The notes below the pieces were generated by a model. It did no database searches. It was given only the letters and a program-made list of their open reading frames with translations, and was not told where the DNA came from. 64,000 bases of DNA. Source: Mobula hypostoma (lineage: Eukaryota). This document shows positions 26,985 through 40,800 of this stretch, one piece after another (within the stretch, counting starts at the first letter, position 1; every line of letters starts with the position of its first letter). The stretch spans positions 15,934,001 to 15,998,000 of the forward strand of contig NC_086097.1 of assembly GCF_963921235.1 (NCBI RefSeq), read 5' to 3'. Made by a program: the position numbers and the translations under genes.

Positions 26985-29020
26985 CACAGGCCTGGGAGCT
27001 TGGGGGGTTCGGCGCAGTATCTTTGCTGTTCCTAGTAGTGCACTCTTCTGCACTGAGATCTCAGATGTTGTTCTCGGAATTTGTTGGAGCCACTCTCCCA
27101 GTCCAGGAGTCCCAGATCCAAGTGCTCCTATCACCACCAGGATTACTTTGGCTTTAACCTTACACATGCTTTCTAGCTGCTCTTTCAAGCCCTGGTATTT
27201 CTCTATCTTCTTATATTCTTTCTTCCTGATGTTACTGTCATTTGGGATTGTCGCATCTATTACTATTGCCTTCCTTCTGTTCCTTGTCCAGTATTACTAT
27301 GTCTGGCTGGTTGGCCAGTACCCGCTTATCAGTCTGTATTTGGAAGTCCCGAGGATCTTAGTTCCGTCATTCTTCACTACCTTCTTGAGTGTTTCCCATT
27401 TGGACTTGAGAGAGTCCAATCCATACTCAGCACAGATGTTCCTGCACACAATTCCTGCAACTTGGTTGTGCTGTTCAGTGTATGCTATCCCTGCCTGCAT
27501 CTTGCACCCTGCTACTATGTGCTGGATGGTTTCAGTGGATTCCTTGCACAGATCCTGCTTATGTTGCTCTTGTGCTCAGCACCTGTTCTTGTGCAGCCAT
27601 GAGCAGCGCCTCTGTGCTGTCTCTCGGCCCTGTTATTTCCAGCCATTGGTAGGACTTTCTTACGTCAGCTACCTCTGATATCTGGTAATGGTACGTCCCA
27701 TGCAGTGGTTTGTCCTGCCATGGCCTCTGGTCCTCTGGCTCTGCTTCACCCACTTCCATTTCCATATGCTCTACCTGCTGTCAGAGGCATTCTCCTAGCA
27801 GGTCGTCCTTAGGGACCATCTTCCTGATATACTCATGGATGTTTCGCATTTCTTCCAGGACTATGGCCTTGACACTTCCCAAGTCCCCATCTTCTTTTAT
27901 TCCAGTGGGTGTACAGCTGCTTGACATTTGACTTTGGGTGGAATCCTCCATGTATTGTTAGAAGCTTCCAGATCTTGATGTCAGCAGCTTCCAGTTCGTT
28001 CCTTGGGAAGCACATTTTTGTGGCTGGGTATCTGATGACCGATAGGGTGAATGGGGTGATGGCTCTGATCTTGTTCTTCCCATTCAGCTGGCTTATTAGA
28101 AGATACTTGGATGTTGCAGCCTTCTTTGTGTCTTCATCATGGCTTCCATGCGCCTGCAGGATCCCCAGGTATTTATAGCTGTCGTGTGCATCTGGTATGT
28201 GGCCTTCAGGTAACTCAACTCCTTCAGTCTTGATGAGTTTGCCTGTTTCCATGACCATCCAGCTGCACTTTTTCAGTCCAAGTGACATCCCAATGTCTCT
28301 GCTGTACACCCTTGACAGGTGGATTAGTGAGTCGATGTCTCTTTCATTTCTTGCATACAGCTTGATATCATCCATAAACAGGAGGTGGCTGATGGTCACT
28401 CCACTCTTGAACCTGTAGCTATATCCGCTCTTTGAGATGATCTGACTGAGGGGAGTTCAAGCCTGTGCAGAACAGCAGTAGGGATAGTGCATCACCCTGG
28501 TATATTCCACAAAACATTGTCTTGTTTTTACTGTGTACTGTACCAGCAGTTATCGTCAAAATGACAATAAAAAGTGACGACTTGACTTGATCTGATGGCC
28601 ACTTCTGCTATTGGTTTTCAGTTAACTTCCAGCATTGTCCTCCAACAGCTTGTCTTGTTGATCTTGTACAGAGATAGGCATTCCAGGATCCATGTGTGAG
28701 GTATTGAGTCGCATGCTTTCTGGTAGCTGATCTATGCTGTGCTTAGGTTAGTTTGCCTGGTCTTGGAGTCTCGCATGACTACTTTGTCTACTAGTAGTTG
28801 GTGCCTGGAGCCCCTGGTTCCATTACCAGCCCCTTCTGAGCAGGGTTCAAGAATTTACAAGTTACATGTTTCTTCGCTTGGTGTCTATGATGCCTGATAG
28901 GAACCTCCATGTTGTTGACAGGCAGATTATGGGCTGGTGGTTTGATGGCGTTGCTCCTTTGTGAGGATCCTTCATTATGAGTACTATCCGTCATTGAGTT
29001 AGCTAGTCAGGGTGGGAGCC
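26985..29020 (-). mobile_element. R4/Dong/Rex6-like non-LTR element (RT plus restriction-like endonuclease), degraded
   Basis: KACDSIPHTWILEC, GIYQGDALS, HLLFMDDIKLY, LMAAQEQ, HNQVAGIV, VVIGALG and QKSALLGTAKILR motifs. Confidence 0.85.
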
Positions 29021-29381
29021 TGCTTCAAACGAGCTGGTTCATTTCCTGTTACCGTAATGCATAAGGTTTTATCATGAAGATGATTTTAGCCTTAAACAAT
29101 ACATTGCAAAATGTTATTCTTTCACTTTAAATGTTGTATCTCAGCAAATGAATATTGGTCAACTATCAACCAGCTTTTCACACCAATCGGTCTCAAAATT
29201 AATTATGTTAGAGATGTTCAATGATTGCAATGTATAGCATGCAAAATACTAGTAATTATCTACTTATTTGGGTAATATATTTAATACAAATTTATACAAC
29301 CTAAAATAAATACTGTTGTTTTTAATTGGAGGGCAAGAGATAAGCTGAAGTGATTTCATTCTAGGTGAACAACTATCTTAC

Positions 29382-29492
29382 TCTTTTTCTGCAGTCTGAA
29401 TATTCAGCAAGGGAAGATAACTTCATAGTTTCTGTACAGCCACATTCCTCGACTGAACGCTTCCCTGCACATTGCTTATAGCGTCCAGTTTC
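29382..29492 (-). CDS. CATSPERB: CATSPERB exon (ETGRYKQCAGKRSVEECGCTETMKLSSLAEYSDCRKR)
   Basis: Acceptor aattacag, donor AGA|gtaaga; 111 nt; four-Cys pattern. Confidence 0.92.
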
Positions 29493-29527
29493 CTGTAATT
29501 AAGATGAAAGCCAAATGTGGTAAATTA

Positions 29528-32460
29528 GACCATAAGACCATAAGGTATAGGAGCAGAATTAGGCCATTTGAACCATTGAGTCTGCTCCATCATTTCATCA
29601 TGACTGATCCAATTTCGCGGTCTCCTGCCTTCTCACCAAATCCCTTCATGCCCTGATCAATCAAGAATCTATCAACCTCTGCCTTAAATATACATAAAGG
29701 CTTGGGCTCCACAGCTGCCTGTGGCAAAGAATTCCACAGATTTACCACTCTGGCTAAACCTCCACCATAAAAGGACACCCCTCTATTCTGAGGCTGTGTT
29801 CTTGGGTCTTAGACTCTCCCACCATAGGAAATATCCTCACCACATCCACTTTTCAAGGCCTTTCACCAGTCAATGGGTTTCAATGAGGTCACCTTCATTC
29901 TTCTAAATTCTAGTGTATACAGGCCCAAAGCTATCAAACGCTTTTCATATGATAAAGCCAGGGTCAATCCTAGATTCATTTTTGTGAACCTCCTTTGAAC
30001 CCTCTCCAGTTTCAGCACATCCTTTCTAAGATAAGAGGCTCAAAACTGCTCACAATACTCCAAGTGAGGTCTCACCAGTGCTTTATAAAGGCTCAGCATT
30101 ACATCCTTGTTTTTATATTCTAGACCTCTTGACATAAATGTTAACATTGCATTTGCCTTCCTCACCACACACTCAACCTGCAAACTGACCTTCAGAGAAT
30201 CCTGCACAAGGACTCCCAAGTCCCTTTGCACCTCAGGTTTTTGTTTTTTTTTTCCTTTTAGAAAATTGTCAACCCTTTCAATTCTTCTACCAAAGTGCAT
30301 AACCATATATTTCCCAACACAGCATTCTTTGTCCAGTCTCCTAATCTGTCCAAGTCATTCTGTAGCCTCTCTACTTCCTCAAAACTACCTGCCACTCCAC
30401 CTATCTTCATATCATCTGCAAACTTTGCAGCAAAGACATCAATTTCATCGTCCGAATCATTGACATGTAATGTAAAAAGAATTGGTTCCAGCACAGACCC
30501 CTGTGGAACACCACTAGTCACCAGTAGCCAACCAGAAAAGGCTCTCTTCATTCCCACTCTTTGCCTTCTGTCAATCAGCCACTGCTTTATTCATGCTAGA
30601 ATTTTTTCTGTAATACCACGAGCTCGTAGCTTGTTAAGCAACCTCACATCTGGCATCTTGTCAAAAGCCTTTTGAAAATCCAAGTACATAAGATCAACCA
30701 ATTCTCCTGTGTACCCTGCTTGTTATTTCTTCAAAAAATTCCAAAAGATTTGTCAGTTAAAAATTTGCCTTGAGAAAACCATACCGACTATGGCCTATTT
30801 TATTATCTGCCTCCAGGCACCCTGAGACCCCATCCTTAGTAAATTGACTCCAACATCTTCCCAATCACTGAGGTTAGACTAACTGGCCTATGCAGTAGTT
30901 TCCTTTCTTCTGCCTCTCTCTCTTCTTGAAGAGTGGAATGACATTTGCATTTTTCCATTCTTCAGGAATCATTCCACAATCTAGTGATTCTTGAAATATC
31001 ATTGCTATTGTCTCCACAATCTCTTCGCAAACACTTTCAGAACCCTGGGTTGTACACCATCTAGTCCAGGAGACTTATCTACCTTCAGACCTTTCAGTTT
31101 CCCAAGAACCTTCTATCTAGTTATGGTAATTTCACACACTTTTTGACCCCTGACACCTGGAACTTCCACCATACTGCTAGAGTCTTCCACAGTGAATTCT
31201 GATGCAAAATACTTATTCAGTTCACCCACTATTTCATTGTCCCCATTACTATCTCTCCAGCATTGTTTTCCAGAGGTCCGGTATCAATAGTTTCAATAGG
31301 TACATTTAATATCAGAGAAATGTATACAATATACATCCTGAAATTCTTTTTCTTTGCAAACATCCATGAAAACAGAGTGCCCCAAAAAATGAATGACAGT
31401 TAGAACCCCAGAGCCCCCCCAATTCCCCCCTCCCATGCATATGCAGCAGCAAAGCAATGACCCCCCCCCAGGCAAAAAAGTATCAGCACACCCCACTGAG
31501 CATTCAAGCATGTAGCAAACATCAATAAAGGCACAGACTTGCAGTACCCCAAAGACTACTCGTTCACCCATCACCCAGTATTCGACATACCACAGGCTCT
31601 CTCTCTCCCTAATAAGGGAAAAAGAGTTGTCCCCATTGTCGACATACCACAGGCTCTCTCTCTCTCTCTTTAATAAGGGAAAAAGAGGTGTCCACTCTCA
31701 CTTCTCTTTTACAGTTTATGTATCTGAAGAAATGTTTGCCAAAGGTACGCCTACTAAATACGGACTTGAAGGGAGTGAATACTTATACAATCAATTATTT
31801 CTGTTTTATATTTGTAATTAATTTAGATCACTTTGTAGAGATCTGTTTTCACTGACACGAAAGTGTCTTTTACTGTTGATCAGTGTCAAAAAAGCCTAAA
31901 TAAATCCATTGAGATTCAATGTTATAAAACAATAAAACATGAAAACTTCCGGAGCGGGGGAGGGGGAGGTGAATATTTTTTTTATAGGCACTATATACAC
32001 AGCTCAGGGCACTAGTTGCACCTTGCTCAACCTTTTAGTTCTTAAGTTTGCCTGAGGTTTTACCAATATCAGCCTCCACAACCTTTCCATTGGCTGTTCT
32101 AGCACTCAGGTTCTCATCCCCCTGCAGCTCTAGTTTAAACCCCAGTGTGCAGCATTAACAAACCTTCCAGTTAGGAAATTATTCCCCCTCTAGTTCAGGT
32201 GCAAACTGTCTCTTCTGTACAGTCCCACCTTCCCTCGATGAGAGACCAGTGATCCAAAAATCTTATACCCTCCCTCCTACACCAACTCCTTAGCCAAGTA
32301 ATAAACTGTATAATCTTCCTAGTTCTGGCCTCACTGGCACGTGGCATGGGTACCAATCCTGAGATCACAACCCTGGAGGTCCTTCTCTTTAACTTAACAC
32401 CTAACTCCCTGAATTCCTTCTGCAGAACCTCGTCACTCGTCCTATCCATGCCATGGGTCA
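29528..32460 (-). mobile_element. CR1 (ORF1 esterase end to 3' tail) with deletions and nested inserts
   Basis: RVVISGLVP ORF1 motif, RT motifs, (ACCATAAG) tail; a Rex1-type tail is inserted at about 31290-31700. Confidence 0.85.
31725..31995 (+). mobile_element. Tc1-like transposon right end
   Basis: End of transposase and long TIR ending AGGCACTA-TA; homologous to 49600-49871. Confidence 0.8.
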
Positions 32461-32744
32461 ATCAGATTTGATAGGAAATCAATCAGATTTACTAAGCAGG
32501 AGATGTTTCTTTATAGTAAGCACAAATGGTTAGGCTCAGAAATAAAGTGCATTACAAATTAAAGACAGTGACTGCTCTAATATTGATATGCATGTAGAAC
32601 TTGAGATTTGAACTCAAAATGTGAACGTTACAGGACCATAATTCTTTCAAACCTGTTTTTTTTTTGCATTAATATAGCAGTATGGCTCACCTCAACACAG
32701 TTTATGAAACTCATATAAAAAGTAATAATTTCAGTTGCAAAATG

Positions 32745-33365
32745 GAGACATGAGATTCTGCTGAAAATCTTGAGCAACATACGCAAGATACTAGAGGAAC
32801 TCTCAGGTCACGCGGCATCTACAGAGGGAAATGAACAGTGGCGCTTTGGGCTGAGATCCTTCATCCGGACTGGAAAAGAAGGGGACAAAGGCCAGAATTA
32901 AAAGGTGAGGGGAAGGGGAGGAAAACAAACTGGTAGGTGATAGGTAAGACCAGGTGAGGAGAAAGGTAGGTGGGTAGGGAAGGAGGGGTTGAAAGGGTAT
33001 GATGTGAGGAGCTGAGAAGTGATAGGTGGTGGAGATAAAGGGCTGAAGAAGAAGGAGAGTACAATAGTCTATGGAATAACAGGAAGGATGTGGGAAACCA
33101 GAAAGAGGTGATGGGCAGGTAATGTGGAGGGGAGGAGAAGAGAAGGGGTGAGATGCTTACCCCTTCTTTGAGGTAAACAAAGGGGTGGGGAGGGGAATGA
33201 TTAACAGAAGTCAGAGAAATCAATGTCCATGCTGTTAGATTGGAAAGTGCCAAGACAGCGTATGAGGTAGCACACACAAAATGCTGAAGGAACTCAGCAG
33301 GTCTAGCAGCATCTATAGAAAATAGTACAGTCGACGTTTTGGGCCAAGACCCTTTGGCAGGACTG
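32745..33365 (-). mobile_element. Penelope-like pLTR fragments (two)
   Basis: Homology to the other pLTRs; degenerate hammerhead motifs at about 32838 and 33329. Confidence 0.75.
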
Positions 33366-33511
33366 GTTTGAGGTTAAAAGCAATAACTTGCAGAGACATT
33401 TTCTTTGTGCAGAAGAACCATGGCCATTCTCAAGGACTACAGTGAAGAGTGGCTTAATGCAATTTCAGGATTCCTGTGTTAAAATTACATTTCTACATAT
33501 ACAATACTTGC

Positions 33512-33622
33512 CTTTGAGACTTTATAAAAGTCTCGAAATTTTGGTTTACTCGGATCAGCATTATAAATGTTATCAGTTGTAGGTATGTTGATTCCAAGCA
33601 TGGATGGTGGTCTATAATTCAC
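33512..33622 (-). CDS. CATSPERB: CATSPERB exon (VNYRPPSMLGINIPTTDNIYNADPSKPKFRDFYKVSK)
   Basis: Acceptor tttataatag, non-canonical donor AAG|gcaagt; 111 nt; carries the conserved NYRPPS...ADPSKP block. Confidence 0.92.
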
Positions 33623-34257
33623 CTATTATAAACAAATAAAAGAAAACAAGTTCCACTACCATGTTGATGTTTTTGTAAAATGTAAATTGAGAATTGGTAT
33701 ACTGCAAAAGTAGAAGATAATTTTGTATGAAGGTGGTTCTTTAGTATATTTTCTTTCCAGAATGTCACCCTGATATTTCAAGACACAATAGACTACAGAG
33801 GCTAGAATCTGCAGAAATATACAATCTGTGGAGGAACTTCATGGATCAAGCAGCTTCTGGGGGAGGAAAGGAAGAGTTGATGATTTGGGTCAAGACCATG
33901 CAGTAGCACTGAAACACGGTTTCAACCTGAATTATTGACAATTTCTTTACCAACAGCAAATCCCACCCCCACCCCCCGACCCACACAGTTGCTGCATGAC
34001 CTGCTAAGTTCCTCTAGCAGATTGCTTGTCACCCTGATATTTCATTTAATTTTAAATACGTCCGTTGTCTGGGTCTCAAAAATTTTGCTGATAACCAATT
34101 CCAAAGATTCATCAAAGTCTTGATTAAGAAATATTTCCTTACACATCCTAATTTTATCTTCATCACTCTAAAATATTTTAATTAGTCCTTAATCTAGACA
34201 GACTGCCAAGCATTGCTTCAGGTTTATTTTTCTCTCATGTCAATACTACATTATTAT

Positions 34258-34562
34258 ATTTATTTATTGATTGAATACATTGTGGCATAGGCCCTTCAAG
34301 TTGTGCTACCCAGCTGCAACCCACTGATTTAACCATCTAATCACGGGACAATTTACAATGATCAAATGACCTACTAACTGGTACATCTTTGGACTGTGGG
34401 AGGAAACCAAAGCACCGGCGAAAACCCACCCACATATGGAGGAAACGTATGCATACGTGGACAGGAATGTAGAAACTTGCTTACAGTGGACGCCAGAATT
34501 GAACTCTAAAGCCTCAAGCTGGAATAGCGTTGCACTAACCTCTATACTACCATAGTGCCCCT
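34258..34562 (-). mobile_element. V-SINE copy
   Basis: tRNA-like head, gtttcctcccacagtccaaagatgtacc V-domain, (TAAA)n tail. Confidence 0.75.
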
Positions 34563-35861
34563 TTTGCTGACAGCAACAAAGATGTTTCATTTCCAGTCAG
34601 AAAATAAGCACAAACAAAATCACACTACTGAAGTCCAACAAAGTATAGTCATGTCAAAAGCTCACCTCTCTTCATGCAAGAGATAATTTTCTTCTAAAAC
34701 TGATCTCCAGTTTACAAACCTTAGCAATTTTAATAACATATGAACAGGGCCAAGTAACCATGATTTCTTCATGGTTGCTTTCCTGTTAAAACTAGTTTTA
34801 AAGGATTGAATGACAATGCGCAGTGAACCCCAGAAAAGCAGAGTCTTTTAGCAGTTATGAATTTTCTTTTATCCCAATGTTATCTTCCTGTTCATAACTA
34901 TATTTCTCCCCCTCTACACAAAATTAGTGGTCAATTTTCCACAAATTAATCAAGCTCCTTTTAAAATTGTTCACTTTGTTTAATCTTGGCATTGTCTTTT
35001 CCAGGTTTGAAATAAAAGTTTCACTGTTACAAAACTGCTTCATCAGTGCTACTTTTATATCCTTGCAGCTTTAAGACTGAGGACAGCCTTTTTTCAGTGA
35101 TCATTCATTTGGTTCTTTTTAAGTTCAAACATAATACAATGAATCAGTAGCTCATATATCAGATTTCATTCATTTTTTAAAAACACAAGTCATGAATGCT
35201 CCAATGGATTCCTCACCCATCAGCAAAGTTAGCAAAAATTTGCACTCTGTTGGCTCAGAGCTATAATCACGCACTCAAAAGGGAACCATGCAGCTCCCAA
35301 CAAGAACTGTGTGTAAAGCTTGCGATTGCCTTGTCTTTGCTGTATTGAAGGGAAATGCAGAAGAAAGGAACACAGTGATCTTCTGTAGTAACAGATCTTC
35401 TGTAGACACAAGATTAGGGGGATGGGCTGATAACATTCAGGCAGCAGAATCAATACAGATAGATCTAAACAAAATCAAGATGTGGGCAGATAATGGCAGA
35501 TGAAATTTAATGTAAGTACATGTAAATTATTACATGATAGAAGTGTTCAAAATCATTAAGGGTATAAGTAAAGTGGATGCCAGCTGCTACTTCAAAACTA
35601 ATCCACCATAAAGGACATGAGCCATAGGTGGGGACTGGTTAAAGGGAGATTTCAGATTAACATCAGGAAGCAGTTCTTTACACAGCGAGTTGTGGACACA
35701 TGGAACAAACTACTTAGTTATGTAGTTGAGAGTTGTACCTTAGAGACTTTCAAATCCAAACTTGATTGTTATTTCAACACACTATGTGAATAGGAATTTG
35801 TCAAGCTTTGTTGGGCTGAATAGCCTGTTCTTGTCAAAAACTTTCTAATGTTCTAATGTTC

Positions 35862-36080
35862 CAACACGTACAAAATGCTGGAGGAGCTCAGCAAGTCAGG
35901 CAGCATCCATGGAAATAAATGAACAGTCAATGTTTCAGGCTGAGACCCTTCATCAGGAATGGTGGCCCAAAATGTCAACTGTGTATTTCTTCCCATAGAT
36001 GCTGCTTGACCTGCTGAGTTCTTCCAGCATTTGTATTTGTTACTCTGGATCTACAGCACCTGTAGAATCTCTTGTGTTTG
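35862..36080. mobile_element. Fold-back (inverted) Penelope pLTR-derived mini-element
   Basis: aaatgctggaggagctcagcaagtcaggcagcatc at about 35873 is the imperfect reverse complement of gatgctgcttgacctgctgagttcttccagcattt at about 35998. Confidence 0.75.
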
Positions 36081-36321
36081 TGACAATGACATTCTGTTTG
36101 GGCACGACGTGTCTGGCCTGAAAGAATTAAATACCACGAACAACTCCACAGTTTCATGAGAAACATGAAATCACCTGCAAACACCATGATCTCATAATAC
36201 CTACTGCAAATTACAGGGTATTTAAGATTTGGAACATATCAGAGATTCTCCTTACTGCAGCTTTGATAATCATATTCTTTCATACCACTATGTACAACTT
36301 TATTTTCTGAATGCTACTTAC

Positions 36322-36513
36322 AGGCAAAGTCTTCAGATTAGTGATTGTATCTTCTGAATTACCATACAACCATTCACTGGTACTCATTGATACAGGCTCT
36401 TTATAGAAAATATATTTTCCAGCTGGACAGCCGCAATAAAAAATAATGGGGATGCTAGTGACTGGACACAGCAGCGATGCATCAGGATTGGAAGTGGACA
36501 CTGTAGTATATCC
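36322..36513 (-). CDS. CATSPERB: CATSPERB exon (GYTTVSTSNPDASLLCPVT...CGCPAGKYIF...LKTLP)
   Basis: Acceptor ctatttcag, donor CCT|gtaagt; 192 nt; phase 0/0. Confidence 0.9.
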
Positions 36514-36739
36514 CTGAAATAGTGAGAATTTTTTTAAAATAAACGGTTGGATATATCTTCAATTAAGTAATTTCATCTCAATGTTCTGGGATGAGTAGTG
36601 AACAAAGATCACCCTTCTCAAATGATGACACAAGTAAGGCTAATGAAGAGTTCTGAATATATCACCTATCTGATTAAAACTAAATACACATTTGAACTAT
36701 TTTTATAATTGTACATTAAACACCATCAACAAGGTGCTC

Positions 36740-37875
36740 ATATATTCAACACATCTTCCCATTCAGGGATGAGAGGCAACCCAGTTGCATGTGGGAAATT
36801 CTATCTCACAAATTCAATTGTGTTTTTAAAGGGGTGATCGGGAAGAAAGACAAGCAGGGCAGTTGACATTATCTATGTGAATTCTAGCAAGACCTTTGAG
36901 AAGGATCTGAGGGGTAGGCTGATCTGGAAGTTGAGATTACAGAGGATCCAGGGTGAGCCAGCTAATTAGATATAGAGTTAACTAGGTGATAGGAGTCAGA
37001 GGGTGGTAGGCGAGGGTTGTCTTTTCTTTCGATTGGAGGTCTGCAACTAGTAGTGTACCACAGGGTCAGGGCTCGGTCACTTTTATTTAACATGTATCTT
37101 AATGAGTTGGATGCAGGTTGCATGATTATCGCATCTGCAAATGATACCAAAGTTGGAGGTGTGGTGGACAGTACAGAAAGTTGTTTAATATTACAACAAT
37201 AAATAACAGGGTCCTGGGAACATTGTAGAATTAAGGGACCTAGGGGTACAACTACATAGCTCCCTGAAATAAAGTGATGAAGAATATACATGCCTTCATT
37301 GGATTGCATACTGATTACAAAAGTTGTGATGTCATGTTACAGCTGTATTGGACATTGATAAAAAAACATGTGGAAATACTATGTGCACTTCCAGTTGCCA
37401 TACTAGAGGAAGGTTGTAATTAAGAATGTGAGGATGCAGGAAAGTTAACAAGAATGTTGCAGGGACTGGACAGTCTGAGTTGTGAGGACAGACTGGATAG
37501 GCTGGGACTGTTTCTCCTGTAGTGAAGGAGGCTGAGGGGTGACCTTATGCTTATAAAATCATGAGGAACAGAGATCAGGTGAATGATCGCAGTCTTTTTT
37601 CCCCAAAGAATGTAGACTTAAGGTGAGAGGGGAAAGAATGAAAGGGGACCTGAGGGGGAAGTTTTCACACAGAGATTGATGGGTATATGTAATGAGCTGC
37701 AAGAAAAAAAAGTGATAGAGGCAGGTACAACAACAAAGTTTAAAACATTTAAACAAGTTCATGAATAGGAAAGGTAGAGAGAGATGCACCATATGTAAAT
37801 AGGATGAGCTCTGAAAGGCACATTGTTTGGTACGGACAAGTTGGCTGGAAGGGTTCTGTTTCTATGTTGTATAAC
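36740..37875 (+). mobile_element. Highly degraded CR1 RT/3' fragment
   Basis: ANDTKVGGVVDS motif and CR1 3' UTR remnants. Confidence 0.75.
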
Positions 37876-37889
37876 CCATAAGACCTTAA

Positions 37890-40800
37890 AACCATAAGAT
37901 ATAGGAGCAGAATTAGGCCATTTGGCCCATTGCGTCTGCTCCACCAATTCATCATGGCTGATCCAATTTTCCTCTCTGCCCCAATCACCTCCCTTCTCCC
38001 CGTATCTTTCCATGCCCTGACCAATCAAGAATCTATGAACATCTGCCTTAAATATACATAAAGACTTCACCTCTCAGCTGCTTGAGGCAAATAATTCCAT
38101 AGATTCACCACACATTGGCTAAAGAAATTCCTCCTCATATCTGTTCTGAAAGAATGCCCCTCTATTCTGAGGCTGTGTCCTCAGGTCTTAGACTCTTGAA
38201 CCATAGGAAAAATCCTTTCCACATCCACTTTATCAAGGCCTTTCACCACTCAATAGATTTCAATGATCTCATCCTCATTCTTTTGAATTCTAGTTACAAC
38301 AGGCCCAGAGCCATCAAACGCTCTTCATATGATAAGCCATTCAATCCTGGTATCATTTTCGTGAACCTCCTTTGAACCCCCTCTTGTTTCAGCACATCCT
38401 TTCTAAATAAAGGGACCCAAAACTGCTCACAATATTCCAAGTGAAGCCTCGCTAGTGCTTTATTAAGTCTCAACATTATATTTATTTAATTTTCTAGTCC
38501 TCTTGAAATGAATGCTAATATTGCATTTGCCTTCCTCACCACAGACTCAACCTGCAAATTAACCTTTAGGGAATCCTGCACAAGGACTCCCAAGTCCCTT
38601 TTCACCTCAGTTTTTTGTATTTTCTCTCCATTTAAAAAATAGTTGACCCTTTCATTTCTTCTACTAAAGCGTACGACCATACATTTCTCAACACTGTTTT
38701 CTATCTGCCATTTCTTTGTACATTCTCCTAATCTGACTAAGTCCTTCTGTAGCCACTCTACTTCCTCAAAACTACCTGCCCCTCCACCTATCTTTATATT
38801 GTCTGCAAACTTTGCATTCAAGCCATCAATTCCATCATCCAAATCATTGACATTTAACGTAAAAATAATCTGTGGAACAACACTAGTCACTGGCAGCCAG
38901 CTTGAAAAGGCTCCCTTCATTCCCACTCTTTGCCTCCTGCTAATCAGCCACTGATTTATCCATGCTAGAATCTTTCCTATAAAGCAGAATCATTTGTAGT
39001 ACCTTGTCAAAGGCCCTCTGAAAATCCATGTACATACCATCAACCAAATCTCTTTTGTCTACCCTGCTTATCATTTCTTCAAAGAATTCCAACAGACTTT
39101 TCCTTGAGGAGACCATGCTGACTACGCCTATTTTATCATGTGCCTCCAAGTACCCTGAGACCCTATAATCAACTCCAACATCTTCCCAACCAATGAGGTC
39201 AGACTAACTGGCCTATAGTTTCCTTTCTTCTGCTTCTCTCCCTTCTTGAAGAGTGCAGTGGCATTTGCAATTTTCCAGTCTGCTGGAACCATTGCACAAT
39301 CTAGTGATTCTTGAAAGATCATTACTAATGTCTCCCCGATCTCTCCAGCCAACTCTTTCAGAACTCTGGGATGTACACCATCTGGTCCAGGTGACTAATC
39401 TACCTTCAGACATTTTAGTTTCCCTAGAACCTTCTAGTTATGGTAACTTCACACACTTCTTGACCCCTGACACCTGGAACTTCCACCATACTGCTAGTGT
39501 CTTCCGCATTGAAAACTGATGCAAAAATACTTATTCAGTTTGTCTGCTATTTTGTTGTTCCCCCATTACTACTTCTCCAGCATTGTTTACAAGCGATCTA
39601 ATATCCACTCTCGCCTCTCTTTTACACTTTATGTATCTATAGAAACTTTTGGTACTCTCTTTAATATAATTGACTAGCATACTTTCATATTCCATCTTTA
39701 CCTTCTTAATGACATTTTGCCTTCTTTTGGTTTCTAAAAGCTTCCCAATCCTCTAACTTCCCACTAATTTTTGCTCTATTATATGCACTCTCTTTGGCTT
39801 TATGTTTGCTTTGACTACTCTTGTTAGCCATGGTTGTGTCATCTTTCCATTAGAATACTTCATCCTCTTTGGGTTGTACATATCCTATACCTTCCAAAAC
39901 GCCTTCAGAAATTCCAACTGCTCTGCTGTCATCCCTTCCAGTGTTCTTTTCCAGTCAATTCTGGCCAACTCTTCTCTCATGCCTCTGTAATTCCCTTTTA
40001 TAGGCATCTGTTAGTCTTGTGAGACCATGGATTTGCGCCTTGGAAGGTTTCCAGGGTGCAGGCCTGGGCAAGGTTGTATGGAAGACCGGCAGTTGCCCAT
40101 GCTGCAAGTCACCCTTCTTCACGCCACCAATACAGCTTGGCACCAGTGTCGTCGCAGAGCAATGTGTGGTTAAGTGCCTTGCTCAAGGATACAACACACT
40201 GCCTCAGCTGAGGCTCGAACTAGTGACCTTCAGATCACTAGACTGATGCCTTAACCATTTGGCCACGCGTCAACACCCCTTACTCCACTGTAATACTGAT
40301 ACATCTGACTTTAGCTTCTCCTCAAATTTCATGGAAAATTCGATCATATTACCATCATTTGCCCCTACAGGTTCTTTTACCTTTCAGCTCTCTAATCAAT
40401 TCTGGTGCATTGCACAACACCCAATTCAGAAAAAATGATCCTCTAGTGGGCGCAACCACAAGCTGCTCCAAAAAGCCATCTTGTAGGCACTCTAGAAATT
40501 CCACCTCCTGGAATCCAGCACCAGCCTGATTTTCCCAATCTACCTGCATATTGGAATCCCCCATGACTATTGTAACATCCCCCTTTCGAACATGCATTTT
40601 CTATCTCCCGTTGTAATTTGTTGGCCACAACCTTACTACAATTAGGTCATCAGTATACAACTCCCATCAGGGTCTTTTCCCCCTTGCAGTTCCTTAGCTC
40701 TATCCACAATGACTGAACACCTTTCGACCCAATGTCACCTCATTCTAATGATTTGATTTCATTTTTAACCAATAGAGGAATGCCACCTCCTCTGCCTGCC

